A stretch of DNA of 64,000 nt from Patellaria atrata CBS 101060 (taxonomy: Eukaryota), in assembly GCA_010093705.1 (NCBI GenBank), contig MU006093.1:367557-431556 (forward strand). The letters run 5' to 3'. The notes below the pieces were generated by a model that searched no databases, had not been told where the DNA came from, and was given only the letters and a program-made list of their open reading frames with translations. The position numbers and the translations under genes were made by a program. This document shows, piece after piece, positions 1-12,949 of this stretch. The stretch's first letter is position 1. Each line of letters opens with the position of its first letter.

Positions 1-1
1 T

Positions 2-217
2 CGGTTTCCACGATTATCTATACTTGCAATTGAGATCCTCTCAATTCCAGCAATGAGCGATGAACCAGAACGAGTGTTTTCAGCAGCTCGTCGTACGGTA
101 TCATGGGAAAGATCACGCTTAAGTTCAAGAGAGTTAGAACATACTGAATGTCTTAAACATTGGGCAAAACAAAAAAATTTATTGAAAGGTTCGTACGATT
201 TGTTTAGTTTCACCTAA
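2..217 (+). CDS. hAT transposase, C-terminal dimerisation domain (5'-truncated by the window edge)
   Basis: Frame +2 translates RFPRLSILAIEILSIPAMSDEPERVFSAARRTVSWERSRLSSRELEHTECLKHW...FT*, matching the hAT dimerisation motif (P.LS.LA..ILSIPA.S...ERVFS). Stop TAA at 215-217. Not in the supplied ORF track. Confidence 0.88.
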   Translation, partial: RFPRLSILAIEILSIPAMSDEPERVFSAARRTVSWERSRLSSRELEHTECLKHWAKQKNLLKGSYDLFSFT

Positions 218-319
218 TGGCTACTGATCTCAGACACACGTAAAGGTACAGATCACGTCTGAGTGCTACCAACAGCCCTGGATAGCTAGGCAAAGCAGAA
301 CACCGAAACGCCAGAACGC

Positions 320-886
320 TTAAACGCCAAAGAATACTTCGTACGAAGCTCTGCTCAACCAATGATTATAGCATTTTGGGGAGTAGCCCCTCATCGTCAT
401 CCAGCACAATAGCATTCCCAGGGGCGGTGCCGTCAGCTCCGTCAACCCCTGAACCAGGTCCAAGCACCCTGGCTCCTTGAGCAGGCTTATCTGGACCACC
501 AGCTCGTACGGAACAGCGTGCTGTATGGTCGCGCCATTTGCAGTTGGCGCATGTTCCGCCAAAGTGTCCCTCAGCGCGGTGACAACTAAGGAAGGGACGG
601 AAATCTCTCGTACGACAAGCCGCACAAGGATCAACGTCACCTCCACGAGACTGGATAAGAATCCCATTGACATATGACTGCCTATGAGATCCAATCTGCT
701 CGGTGTGATAGAGTCACGTACGAACTCAACATCAACACCTCCACCGACGGCCAGAAGTGCTCTATTCTGTGGGCTGTGACACCACGGAGCCAATTGCTGC
801 TGTGTTACGAGTAGCACCGGGTTGCGGTTCGCGTGAGCGGCAGCCGTGATCGCTGGGTTATAGAGAACTACTTGCGTATTGGCCAT
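320..886 (-). CDS. Hypothetical 188-aa ORF inside the hAT element, convergent with the transposase
   Basis: Uninterrupted ATG-to-stop ORF; no recognisable domain. Confidence 0.3.
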   Translation of the reverse strand: MANTQVVLYNPAITAAAHANRNPVLLVTQQQLAPWCHSPQNRALLAVGGGVDVEFVRDSITPSRLDLIGSHMSMGFLSSLVEVTLILVRLVVREISVPSLVVTALRDTLAEHAPTANGATIQHAVPYELVVQISLLKEPGCLDLVQGLTELTAPPLGMLLCWMTMRGYSPKCYNHWLSRASYEVFFGV

Positions 887-1664
887 ACTATAGTCTTATT
901 AGCCTTCGTACGATAGGTTTAAGCTGAGTACTTACACTTTGAGTTACTAAAATCAAAGATTGAGAAGGAGAGAAGAAGAGAAGAAGAGAAATTCAAAAAA
1001 AAGATGTATTTTATACAAATTGGCAGGTAGGCAGGTGGGCCAGTAGACAGGTGGACAGGCAGGCACGTAGGCACGCCCTCGTGCCTTCTATCTTAGAACA
1101 GCTATAGATGTTATTCATAGCTATATAATCCCTTCGTACGAAGAGTATCTTTATTTTAATTAAATTTCTAAGAAAACGATAATATTTTAGTTGAATTCTA
1201 AAGAATATTAAAAAATCTTAAAATGCCAAGAGTATTGTTAAGGTATTATGATATTCGATACAATACCGATGAAATACCGAGAATACTAATACCTTATCGA
1301 TACGGATCGTTGGCCACACTGTTTCCCTTTCCCTTTCCCTTTCCCATTCACTCCATTATCCTTGATTTGTTCTTATTGTCAACTTATTCACAACTTCGTT
1401 TGCTTCCTCACCCTCCTCATTTTCGCTCCAGACCTTTTCATCAACTCTGTTTTCCAGATCTGTACTCAAATTTCTTCCATCTATCGCCTTACAACTCCCA
1501 GGAGGAGACTTCTCTGTTCTTCTTACGCTCAGCTCTGAGAACATCGGATCCAACTTCACCCAATACCCCTGACAATTGTCGAAAAGGGTATTCCCAACGC
1601 TTTCGATCCCGTTCCTTCCCAAATCTTCCCAGCTTTACCCCTCTTCGTCTCAAAGGTCTTCACA

Positions 1665-3462
1665 ATGGCGGACGATATCGAGAAGCAACTCTTGGCTCTC
1701 GCCGGCGATGAATCTTCCGACGACGAAATCACCGATTTCCCTTCCAAGAGCCGCTCACCCTCTCGAGCTTCCTCCCTAGAAAAACTGGCCGAACCCAAAA
1801 TTCAATCACCCCCACCAACCGAACGTCGCGGAGTCGCTAAAAAGATGACGAAAGCTGCAAAAGCTGCTGCCAGAAAGCGCAGGCAGGATTATTCTGAGGA
1901 AGAGGGAGAAGCGTAAGCTCGCCATGATTATTATAATTTTTGCAACGTTAATCTTGGACGTGTTTCTGACTTATTCTCAAGCTCCTCTCCGTCATCTCAA
2001 AACTCCCTTGGTTCTGGAGCAATGTCTGAATCAGAAGATGATGCTCCTGCTGTTCTCGAGGATGACGATGTCATGTTTCCTATCGATGGTGTCTTTTACT
2101 CGGAAAAAGACAAGGATGAGATCATGGCTCTGCCAGAAATCGAACGTGAATTCAAACTTGCAGAGCGTCGTGAGGAAGCTGAGAAGCGAGCGCAGGATGC
2201 AAGTCTTCGGCGCATGCTCCAACAACGTAATGCAAATGATAAGAAACGCAAAGCAACAGATGAAGATGATGGTCAACGCAAGAGCAGCAGGCAAAAGACG
2301 AAGGCAAGTGAATCGCTGGAAAAGTACAAGCGCCAGAGAGAGCAGCGCGGCAAGCAGAGGAGTGATAGAGAAAACAAACCTCGAGATCGTCGCTCCGCGT
2401 CAAAGGAGAAGTCAGCGTCAGATGTTGATGCAGAGGGCGATAGCGACGACTTTGACCGTCGCCCGACTCGTGAGGAAGCACTCCCCGACCTGAAAGATTT
2501 CCAACGTATCAAGGTGGGCAGGTCCAATTTTGCCAAGGTTTGCTTCTATCCAGGGTTCGAGGAAGCCATTGCAGGCTGCTTCGTACGAGTTAATGTTGGT
2601 GTAAACACCGAAACTGGCCAAAATTCCTACAGGATGTGCCAGATCAAGAGTGAGTTCTATCATCTAGTGCGATATCAAAGATGACTGGGCTAACCATGGG
2701 TCACAGAATTTATCGAAGGCAAACCTTATCCTCTCGAAGGCAAAGAAGGGAAGATATATCACCCCGATCAATATGCCGAAGTCTCTCAGGGCTCCGAAGT
2801 TCGCTCTTATCCGTTCAACTCTTGTTCCGACTCACCATTCACCGAGGTAAGAAAGGCTCCCCCATCATCCCTCCACTAGTTCTGACGTTTTCCAGTCCGA
2901 GTTGAACCGCTACAAAATGCAAATGACCAAAGACGGCATGAAAATGCCCAAGAAGTCCTTCCTCGTCAGCAAATGCGATGACATCCAAAACTTCATCACC
3001 CGCCAGTGGAACGACCACGAAATCCAAGCCAAAGTGGACAAGCAGAACAAGAACAAAACCTTCAACCCCAACAAAGTCCTCACCGCCAGCGAGCAAACCC
3101 AATCCCGTCTCCGCGAGCTCAACAAGGATATTCGCCGCAAGAACATCGAAAACACGAACCTAGCACTCATGCGCGAGAAACAGGAGCGCATCAAGGCGCG
3201 TAAGATGGCAGCTCAACGCGCCAAGGAGGAACAGGCGAAGAAGGAACTCGCGCTCCTTCAAGTTCCGAAGAATAAGGCTATCGATGAGCTGTTCGAGAGT
3301 GGTGAGAGTAGGGCCGGCACCCCCGGTGCGAGTGGTAGCGAGGCGGCGAAGAAGAAGAGTACCAGGGAGACGGATAAGAGGGGTATCCCTACTTTTAAGA
3401 AGAGGAATATGGATGATGATCTCATCGCTGCTATGGATTTGGGGATTGAGATTGACATCTAA
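1665..3462 (+). CDS. RTF1: RNA polymerase II-associated Paf1 complex subunit Rtf1 (Plus3 domain), 4 exons
   Basis: N-terminus MADDIEKQLLALAGD; histone-modification-domain-like 'EKDKDEIMALPEIEREFKLAER'; Plus3 'KVGRSNFAKVCFYPGFEEAIAGCFVRVNVG'. GT-AG introns ~1913-1981, 2650-2706, 2847-2895 restore one frame; ends LGIEIDI*. Confidence 0.92.
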
Positions 3463-4319
3463 GATTGGTGAGATGGGTTATTTCAGGTTTTATTTGAAGC
3501 CTGTTGAGTGTTATCGTAGGGGTGCATTCACCGGTTCTTATCACTCTTCACCTGGTGGGTATTTGCATTTAGCGCGGTGTTTCGGAGGCTTTGATTGGGA
3601 TTTAGTCTTCTGCGTTGGTAGAAAGACTGGCGAGATGTATGTCGGGTAGTTGGGTATGTTACAGTCGAGTCGACGGATGCAGCTTTGGTCTCAGATAGCA
3701 TCGAGACGGGTTTGAGAATGAGCATTTGAGCAGAGTTGTCAGTCAGATTGTTGGTAGATTGAATATAGTCTGAAACATTGGTCTGTTCTGAGTCAAAGTG
3801 TGATGTGAATGCGTGGTTGATGTCTGCCATAGAACTACTTCTCACGCTGTCAAGGTATTTCTAGTCTCTCCTCCGCTTTAAAAGACAACCCTCATCAGTT
3901 TCTACGGTCTAATAAGAGTTATGAATGCGTCGTTGATGTAATCGTACGGTCCTGGTATACCTTAATAGATATTTTGGGTCTCCCAGGCTTTTGAATGAGA
4001 TAGATAAAGTAACATAATGACACCCCTACTCCTCCTTCCTACTCGCGCCGATATATAGTGGAGAGAGTCCCTCAACTGCCGCAAAATCTGCCATACATGC
4101 ATGATATCAAGGAGCCAGTGACATGATATCCGTTACCATACGCATCTGCTCGGTACACTCATAGTTCTACGGAGCTACGTGAATGATTTATATCTTAACA
4201 GTTGATTATACACAGTACGCACAAACTTCAACTCGAGCGTAGATATTTACCGCGTCTGCATTCATGCTGAATCTGAAATAGTGAGGAGCGGAATCCCCTG
4301 GTTCAAAAACACCTGCGCC

Positions 4320-4354
4320 ATGCTATGCTATGCTATGCTATGCTATGCTATGCT
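4320..4354. repeat. (ATGCT)7 pentanucleotide microsatellite
   Basis: Seen directly, just downstream of the histidine phosphatase gene. Confidence 0.9.
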
Positions 4355-4373
4355 TGATGCCACAAAATCATAT

Positions 4374-6606
4374 TCACAGCTCCCCTTCCACATCTCCCCC
4401 CTGACCCACGGTCCACCTTCTCTTCATCCCCTTTTCCCTCTCGTTCACATCTCCGCTCATGATCCTCGTTGGACTTGCCCAGAGTCCCGCTGGTGTCCCT
4501 CCTCCGACTCCTCCTGGTGAACCCCATAACTGTGTTCGCAGCGGTGGAGCCTTCTTCGGAGCGTCCACTTTCTTCTCAGGCGCATTTGTCCCCTCAAAAT
4601 CAAGCACCATATCCCTCCCCGGACCGCCACCGCTCGCATCCGCCTTGTTCGCCTCCGAGAAGATTGTTGCGAGTGAGGGAGGCTTAGGCAGAGGGGACCA
4701 CAACCCTGATGCGGTGGAAGATTGAGATGGAGTCCATAGACCTGCGGTCGTGCTCGAGGTGGTGGGAGTGTGAATGCGCGAGGTGGTTGGGATAGGGGAG
4801 TTGGAACTCCGTCGTATGCTACCAAGCATACTGCTAATCCCGTGATTATGACCAAGTGCCGGTTCGCCGAGATTGAAGGAAGCGTTGATAGGCGCGCCGG
4901 CCGCCGCATGGGAGCCGGGTGTATAGTTATACCTTCGCCTGTTTTCCGGAGCGTTGGGCACAACCTTCGGGGAAGGGAGATGGTGGACGACTTTTGCAGG
5001 ATCTACACCAGGACGGAGGTGTTCGGTCGAAGCGACGAGGCGCATTTGATATCCCTCGGAGAGTCTGGAATCAAGATACGACTTCTGATTGGATGGGGTC
5101 CTGTGGAGGATAGATTCTCTCCTCCTAGGGGTGTCAAGACGGCAGGCCATAGTGAGGGAGGCCATGCCAACATCTAGGAGGACGGGTTGGTTTGTAAGGG
5201 CGCCAATGAGGGCATTGCAGCCAGCACCGTGGGTAACAAGGATGAGGACGAGATCGGTATCATCGTCGAGTTCATCGGTATGGTTCTCCGCGACGGCCGC
5301 GATTGTGGGGTCACTGAAGGACTCGGGTGAGTTCTTGTACCAGTCCACCATCGAATCGATGCCTCTCCGGAATCGCCTATGCATGGAACTCCATTCTTCT
5401 CCATACTGTCCACCATCACCCCATTCTTGAGGTGGACGCATGCTGTCCCAGTTGTAGTCAATATCCACGCAAGCATCTCGAGCATGGTCGACGTATCCGC
5501 GAGGTATTGGTTCTGAGGGTGAAACAGCATAAGATGGAACCGGAGCTATATAACGGGACCCGTCTCCTTTCGAAAGATGAGTCTGCGGCTTAAGTGAGGA
5601 CCTGCTACCCGTACTTCCAACACTACTGTGACTGCTAGCACGGTCTCGACGAGGAAGTGCATGACTCAAACTCTCCAAATCCTCAAGAGGGGATGGGCTT
5701 CCGTGACCATGCGGAGTGTATGTCGGAATATTACTTCTACTCCACCCGCCAGGAAAATGTCCCGTGTGAGATCTGTTAACATGAGGTGTTGCGTCAACAT
5801 ACTCTCCTCGTCTAAGGAGGTCTGCCTTGGCTGTGGCTACCATTAACGCAGATTCCGGAGGGGGTGTAATGAGATCAAAGTAATCTGGAGATAACCACTC
5901 CCCTAGGAATGCGTCAACACGAAGTATACTTTTCTCAAAGTGTTTCTTTATTGCTGATTTTCTCAAAACGTTCGATGTAGGCTCGTCTTCCGGTTCCGGA
6001 ATGCCGGCAAGAACAGGAGATCTTACCTCCATAGGCCTCATATGAGGAGAAAGAGGGTGAGAAGATGTCAACTTGGTGGAATGGGAATGACTTCTATTTC
6101 GAAGCGATGGAGCTGCTGGATCGAATTGGGCCAATCCAGCACTTATTGCAATTGATGTCTGAACACATCTTAAAAACGGTGAGCTATGAACCACGACCTT
6201 GTGCTTTCTGTGCTTCTTCTTTTGGGAAGGGTCTTGTGATCTATTTTCTTTCAAACTCTCTCCTTCTCCAAAAGCGAAGTTCTCGAGCCCATTGTGTCCA
6301 CGTTCACCATTTGTGGGAGTTCCGCCATTGATCTCTTCGTCCCTGGTATGGAGAAGGCTAGCAATCCGCGTTCCCAAAGCTCTTGCTTGTGTCCATCCAC
6401 CATATGTCAATGGAGGGTCATAGGGTGCAGGAGAAGTGAGGTGCCAGGTCTTATCAGCCGCATCGAGTCTCGCTCCATGCCTGCTAGGATGTTAGCGAAT
6501 TGAAGCTGGGGAGGATAAAGGAGCTATGGGGTATGAAAATAAACATTCAGTTCGCTATACAGCAAACTTACCTTGCAACAATAATGACTGCTGGTGAGCG
6601 AGTCAT
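4374..6606 (-). CDS. Histidine phosphatase / phosphoglycerate mutase family protein, 2 exons
   Basis: Exon 1 MTRSPAVIIVAR plus intron 6481-6571 gives the catalytic RHG motif (VARHGARLD). Also SSPFLRCVQT, LGEWLSPDYF and LVTHGAGCN motifs. Confidence 0.88.
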
Positions 6607-7435
6607 GTCAGTTACCGGCAGAGCTAAATGCTACGAACGATTTTTTGTTTCCGGTGTTTTGAAAGTGCACATTTACAGTCCGGTAGCTAATATGCATCTG
6701 TCACATGCGAATTCAGGTTGGTATTACAGCAACGGAGTGGTTGCAAATAGGGCGAACATGTATGGAACTGAGAGCAATCGCCATCAAGACTCGAATTTCC
6801 AAATCATTCCTTTAAAGAAAATAACTGTGATGGAATTGTTTGTCACAAAAGTTTGCGCGTTCGGAGATGGAGAAATGGCCGGTTGCGGGGTGGATGTGAC
6901 GGGAGATGTGGGACATGCGCGTCCGTTTTTTTTGTCTGACGTTCTGACGCCATACCATTACTTTTACTGTTCGTCATGAGCTCTCTAATTTACTAAATTA
7001 ATCTATTTTCAAGTTGATAGTAGTCAAAATGCACTAATCTAGTCCACTATATACTTAAAGCATTCACTTGGGGTTGACCTTTGAAGTTATTAAACAAGTA
7101 AGGAATAACTTATCACTTATTTGCAGCATTTCTCTTCAGTAGAATTTGGTAGGTGTGTTCTAAAGTCAATCTTAATGATTTTATTTTCTGTCAGAAGTAA
7201 AACTCGAATATGTCGTATAACAGTACTAGATGCACAGATGCAGGCACACACTTGACCTGCGTTGCTTAAACCTGCAGCCTACTGTACATTACAAGTACAA
7301 GTGTTGTATCTTATCTCAATCAAAGGAATGTATCCAGTTGACGGACTAAATGTTGATGCTCCTTTCCCATCAACTTCGTATGCAAATGGTATGGAAAAAA
7401 AACAAAAGCACTTTTGTATGCTCAGAGGAATCTTT

Positions 7436-8604
7436 TCACTCGAGATAATCACCACCTGTCTCCTTATGGATAACGTCGAACAACGGTTTCGCGCTGAACC
7501 AGCCTGCTTTTGGTGTCCCTACAGCTTTGTAGGTGAATGCGGCTTCCTGGTCTCCAATCTTTTGGGTCTCGTGACCCCTTCCAGCAGCTGCAGCGTCTGC
7601 CATCAACTGAGCGTGGCAGCATTTCTCGAGGCTGACAAACCAGAAAATCGTCTCCTCGATGGACTTTCCGACTGTGAGCAACCCATGATTCTGCAACAAG
7701 GCTGCTTTATTATTCCCGAGAGCGGCAGCAATGTCTTTGCCTTCCTGCTCAGCTAGGACAATTCCGTTGAAGGACTCATACAACACGTGGTCCTAAATCT
7801 GGTTAGCAACTACATCAAAAACTTCTCCATGCTCTTATGGGGAGAAGCGCCTGCCTACGTTGCTAAAGGGGGCTCAGACATGATGGTGATTCACAAGGGC
7901 TGAAAGATCTAGGAAAGAGCCTTCGAGCTTGTTGAAATATTCAGATACTCACATCATAGAATGCACATGAATCTTGTGTGATAATATCAAGCTTACGGCC
8001 AAGTGAGCAAAATGAGCGGCCGTATATGCTGTGGCTATGTGCAGCTGCCATGACATCTGGACGGGCCTGATGAATTGCTGAATGAATCATGAAGGCTGCA
8101 GTATTGAGAAGCTTGACAGGGCCTCCAGCGATGATCTCTCCTTCCTCGTTAACCTGGATGAGATCTGACTTCTTGATCAAAGAGAAAGCCACACCGAACG
8201 GATTGACCCAGAAGGTTTGAGGATCAACCGGGTCCTATGCAGTCTTTAGCGTGTTGATGCAGGTACAACGCTGTTTTTAGAGACTACTTACTCTGACAGT
8301 GATATGGCCAGCAACTGAAATCACAGAATCCCTGTCAGCTGAAGATGAGACGATGGGGACAGCTCGGCAAGACTTTACCTCCTTCATCAAAGCCATACTT
8401 CCCGAAAACCCTGAATGCAGCAGCTAAGCGTCCTTTTAGGTACTCTCGCTCCTCATATGGATCATCAAAGGTAGGTGGACTGGGGAACTTCAACGCGCCT
8501 ACCTTGGCCTTTGCTTCACTAAGGCCAGGCTCGAGAGTATGTGCAGTGGGCTTCGTATCCGCATTGTTGGCGGCTACAGTGTATGTTGCTGACGGTGGCG
8601 ACAT
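7436..8604 (-). CDS. Class II aldolase/adducin domain protein, 4 exons including a 23-nt micro-exon (8292-8314)
   Basis: GFDEGVAGHITVRDP reconstituted across introns; 'IHSAIHQARPDVMAAAHSHS' metal-binding histidines; 'LLQNHGLLTVG'. Confidence 0.9.
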
Positions 8605-10020
8605 TCAAACTCTTTTATTATTCAACGACTGTTGTGGGTATGGAGAATGGAAGGGAAAGATTGAATGAGAAAGGAAAGGAATGAGGAAGGTGAAGGATGG
8701 AGATGAGACTGCAGAGAAGAGGAGACGAAAGAATAAGGTTCAAGAAGAATGCAAAGTAAGCCCATGGTCCGAAGATCCCACTCTTTCTCGATTAAGTCAC
8801 CAGATGGTTGATCTGTGAAGTCGCGATGTGCGGGGTGGGACGTGGCCGTCATTCAGTCGACATGCCCTCCACTTGGTTCAAGGCGTCCAGATTCACCTCT
8901 CAACCTTCAAGGAACTCGTTCGGCCATAGCACGGACATGGTACAGCGACGGGATAGACAGCCTCTCATCCTTCTTGTTATTATTCAACACTATATCTGCA
9001 TCGAAGGACGCTAGAAGGCGCACCGAAGAGTGTCTGCATTTCAGCTTCAAGCCAGACTCTGGGCAGCAAACCTTGGATTCCTATCCCGCACCGAACAAGC
9101 AGAAGCCGCGCCGATAAAGGCTGAGAAGGGCTGCTCTCGTGGCTGTTCATGGTACCGTCCAAGTACCTGTTCCTATAGAGTTCCGAGGAGTGCGAGGCTA
9201 GGAGAACTACGGTGTATGAAAGAGGCTTGTTAGAACTCCAAGGCCCCGAGAAGAACGGTGTAGACCTACGCCTATGGTCGGTTACGGACGCTTGAAATAT
9301 CCTTTCATTGGCCGTTGTCGGTGTTGGGTCTAGGAATAGATTCATCTACCGGCATGCATCTTTAGATTTTCAGCATGAGCTAGAGTCGCCTTTTCACTTT
9401 GCGATCACCGACGGGAGCACGAGGAGGTAGGTAAGCATCGTCTATCGTTGCTTGAGAAAGAGATGTGTTGATGAGTAAGAGGGGGGACACACGACAGAAA
9501 CTCTACCACCAAGAGACACATGGAGATGTCCTTTGTCGACTTTCAATTCTGGCGGAACGTCTGTTTGACAACTTCAGGACGTTTCTGGGACGTCCTGACA
9601 AAGTTTTTGTCGTTTCGGTTAATCATCAGGCGACAGCGCGCTGCCGTTATGGAGAAGATTTCCTTAATCCCTATCACGGCCTGTACTTTCTACAACCCGC
9701 TTGAAACGCCCTCACTCCTCCCATGCCCAGCCCTATACGCAACTGGTTGAAGCCTATAGTCTAAGTATGGACTTAAGATGTGAGTTAACATGAGGACTAT
9801 CGGTTAACATCTAATATCCGTGAATCGGGATGGGGGATTCAAAAAGGCTTGCAGGCTTGTGCAGGCTCATTGCATGATACGGTACTAGGCCTGACGAACA
9901 GGTCAGTACCGCGATTACCTAACTACAAGTACTAGCAAGCGTTGCCGCAGCCCGCAGAGTGCGCAAATTTGGACCTTGGGAGTTAGCCTCGCGCGCCCTT
10001 CTCATGTCATGATTGCAGGG

Positions 10021-10028
10021 ATGACTCA
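10021..10028 (+). promoter_or_regulatory. Possible Gcn4/CpcA (AP-1-type) site ATGACTCA upstream of the homeobox gene
   Basis: Exact TGACTCA about 220 nt before the ATG at 10246; a single 7-mer could be chance. Confidence 0.3.
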
Positions 10029-10245
10029 GGATCAAGCTGGATGGCCGTAATGTGCAGAATTGTATGTGCCAAGCTACTCTTTACAACCATACTGGCTCAT
10101 CTTACTATTTACTTACAAACCCACCACTTCCAAAATTTCCATTCTTCATGAGATTCAATTCTACATTCATCGTCTCAAGTCTCCCTCTTCAGCCGGGCCC
10201 AATTTGACCAGTTTCAATCCAGTCGTCATCCCTTATCTCGATAAG

Positions 10246-12949
10246 ATGGACTTCAGTACGGAGACAACACCGGAAGAACAGCAAAACATTGCTGAATTCT
10301 TCGATTTTGGTGATGCAGCAATGCCAGATGTGTCAGACGTAGTGGCCGATCTCGGATCAGCAACCACTGCGGCTGTATATAGCTGCCCTTCTCATCCAGA
10401 AGGCGATGGGTTAGTACATGTCTCAATATCAGCTCTCACAGTCCTCCGTATCCCAAACACCATACACCTCACAATGAAAACCTTCCTGGTCCCTAAGACC
10501 ACAGAGATATCGAATACTAGCCTTTGGTCTTATGTCACACTCCCCCAATCCATACAATCATCCCTCTTCTGAATGATTGACCCACACTCTCCCTTCGGAT
10601 AGTCTTGAAACTGACAGTATCAGATGTCTTTGTCACGGCTTCATAGATGAATACCGGATACCTCAAGACTCTTTACTCCAATTGAGTGAGGATGCTTTTG
10701 ACTACAACTTCTCCAACTGGATCCCAAGATACTCGAAGCCAGAACACGCTTGTGACTACTGTCATTCAAAAGGTCTCGAATGTTTCATTGTGTATGAAGG
10801 ACAGACAGCATGCTCTTCGTGTACAGCTCTCTTCCGTCCTTGCAGTTTCAGCCAGACCGGATGCGAGGTTCGACCATCCAACGCTTTAGACACGCTACAT
10901 GTAGTTCGTGAAGATGCTTGCCAGGAAATAGGTAATCTCACGGGCATCAAACCCTTGAGATCACTTGCCGCTAAAAATGATGAAATGGAGCGCAAGAAGA
11001 GTGGTATCAGGTTCCCTAGAGCGGCAATCAAGATCCTCAAAGATTGGGTGGAAGAACATTATGATCATCCCTATCCCAACGAAGAAGAGAAAGAGGAACT
11101 TGTCAACAAGACTGGTTTAAAAGCTACCCAGATCACCAACTGGCTTGCAAACGCACGGCGTCGTGGAAAGGTACGGCCAAAGAGAGGTCTTTCCCCTTCT
11201 GCGCGCTCTGCCGCTATGCCTATTCCTGGCAGTGAAGGCAAAACATGGGATAAAATGAATCCCCTTGAAAGATGGCAGCACTCTCCTCCCGAGAACGAAC
11301 CTGCACCTTTGACGGCCATCGCCACCGCTGTAGAACATTTCAGCCCTCCAAAAGACGATCCCTTCCAGGAGAGTGGAGAACTTCGTGGATTGTATGATTC
11401 GAGTGCACGATCGAGTAAGGGTTCTGGAAGCCATTCTCTGATGAAGGCACCTTCAATCACTTCACTCGAAACTGGCCGATCAAGTGGATCCATCGGATCT
11501 TACGGCTCTCTTAACTCCGCCTGGTCTTACGGATCTCGTAACAGTTTTCAGTCACACGGTTCGCTAGGCAGTCGAGATAAGCGTCGTCGACGTCGAACAG
11601 CTCCAAAGCCTCCCCGAAAGAGTGATCCCGCGGAGTCGGGACGTATCTTCCAGTGCACATTTTGCACCGACAGATTCAAAAGCAAATACGACTGGTGCAG
11701 ACACGAGAAATCCCTCCATCTAAGCATGGAGAAGTGGATCTGCGCTCCCCTCGGGGAAACAATTGTGTGCGATATCTCCGGTCGCCAAAAATGCGTCTAC
11801 TGCGATACCTTAGACCCATCCCCAGAACACCTCGAAGCCCACAACCACAGCGCGTGCGAAGAAAAGGGGCTAGAAGCCCGCACATTCTACCGCAAAGACC
11901 ACCTCCGACAGCATCTCCGCCTCATGCACGGCTGCAAGATGATTGAGTCCATGGACGCCTGGAAGATGGAGACCCCCCACATCCGCTGCCGCTGCGGTTT
12001 CTGCGGGCAAACCTTCGACACCTGGTCGGAGCGGTGCGACCATCTAGCCAAGCACTTCCGGAACGGCGCACAGATGAAGGACTGGAAGGGCTGTCGTGGC
12101 TTCGACGAGCACGTCGCAATGCAAGTCCAGAACGCCATCCCGCCCTACCTCATCGGCAACGAGGCGAAAAGCCCCATCCCCTTCAGCGCGACGAATAAGA
12201 CGACCTGGGCCCACAATATGACGTTCACTAAGGACCTCGAAGCTATCATCCCGACGAATTACGACTGGTCCGCCCAAGATGGACAGAGCTCCTCCGCGGG
12301 CTTGACGTCGTCGGGTGGTTTCACGAGCCCGAATCAACCTGGCATCACCACACCGGATACGGCGGACATGGTGATAGCGCGGAGTACGTGCTGGGAGATT
12401 CTGACGACCAGATTAGGTCAGTTTGTGAGAGAGCAACATGCGCTAGGGAATGTGGTTACGGATGAGATGTTGCAGAAGCACGCCCGCGTCCTCCTCTACG
12501 ACTCTGACGACGAGTGGAATCAGACTGCTGCTGATAATGCGTGAGTTGCCCTTCCCCAAAAAGCCCCAAACAAGAAACCTTGAAAACCCCATCCCCGTAA
12601 CCTCAACCCTATACCCTAAACCTCGATCCTAACCTCCTCTAGCGAATGGCTCCAATTCTTCAAACAAGCCCACGGCCTCGATCCCGATCTGTGTCCTCAC
12701 TTCTTCTCCCCCACCTCTAACTCCAACTCCAAACCCTTCCCCCCCAACCCCGCAGATCTCATGGAGGATCTAGGCATCTGCCACCTTAAGTCTACCACGG
12801 ACGGGGATACGGGCTGCGAGGATATGGATTTCGATCAGGTGCTTTTTGATCGGAATTGGAATGGGGATGGGTTTGGGGGACTGGAGGGGTTTGGGGGGTT
12901 GGAAGTGTTGAGGGAGGCGGATTGTGTGGGGTGGGAGGATTGTCCGTAG
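10246..12949 (+). CDS. TALE-class homeobox + C2H2 zinc-finger transcription factor with an N-terminal Zn2Cys6-like Cys pattern, 3 exons
   Basis: Homeodomain 'HYDHPYPNEEEKEEL...QITNWLANARRR' (PYP loop extension). C2H2 'FQCTFCTDRFKSKYDWCRHEKSLH' and 'CGFCGQTFDTWSERCDHLAKHF'. Introns ~10410-10623 and 12541-12642 join in frame to the TAG at 12947-12949. Confidence 0.88.

Larger units (their letters stand above)
1..1321 (+). mobile_element. Right end of a hAT-superfamily DNA transposon (element continues off the left edge of the window)
   Basis: Transposase dimerisation-domain coding sequence at 2-217. AT-rich subterminal zone with clustered AATAC(C/T), GTATT and CGATAC motifs (~1230-1305). Terminus reads 5'-CAGTGTGGCCAACGATCCG on the minus strand, ending at 1321; CAG-initiated TIRs are typical of hAT elements such as Ac and hobo. 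Confidence 0.85.
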
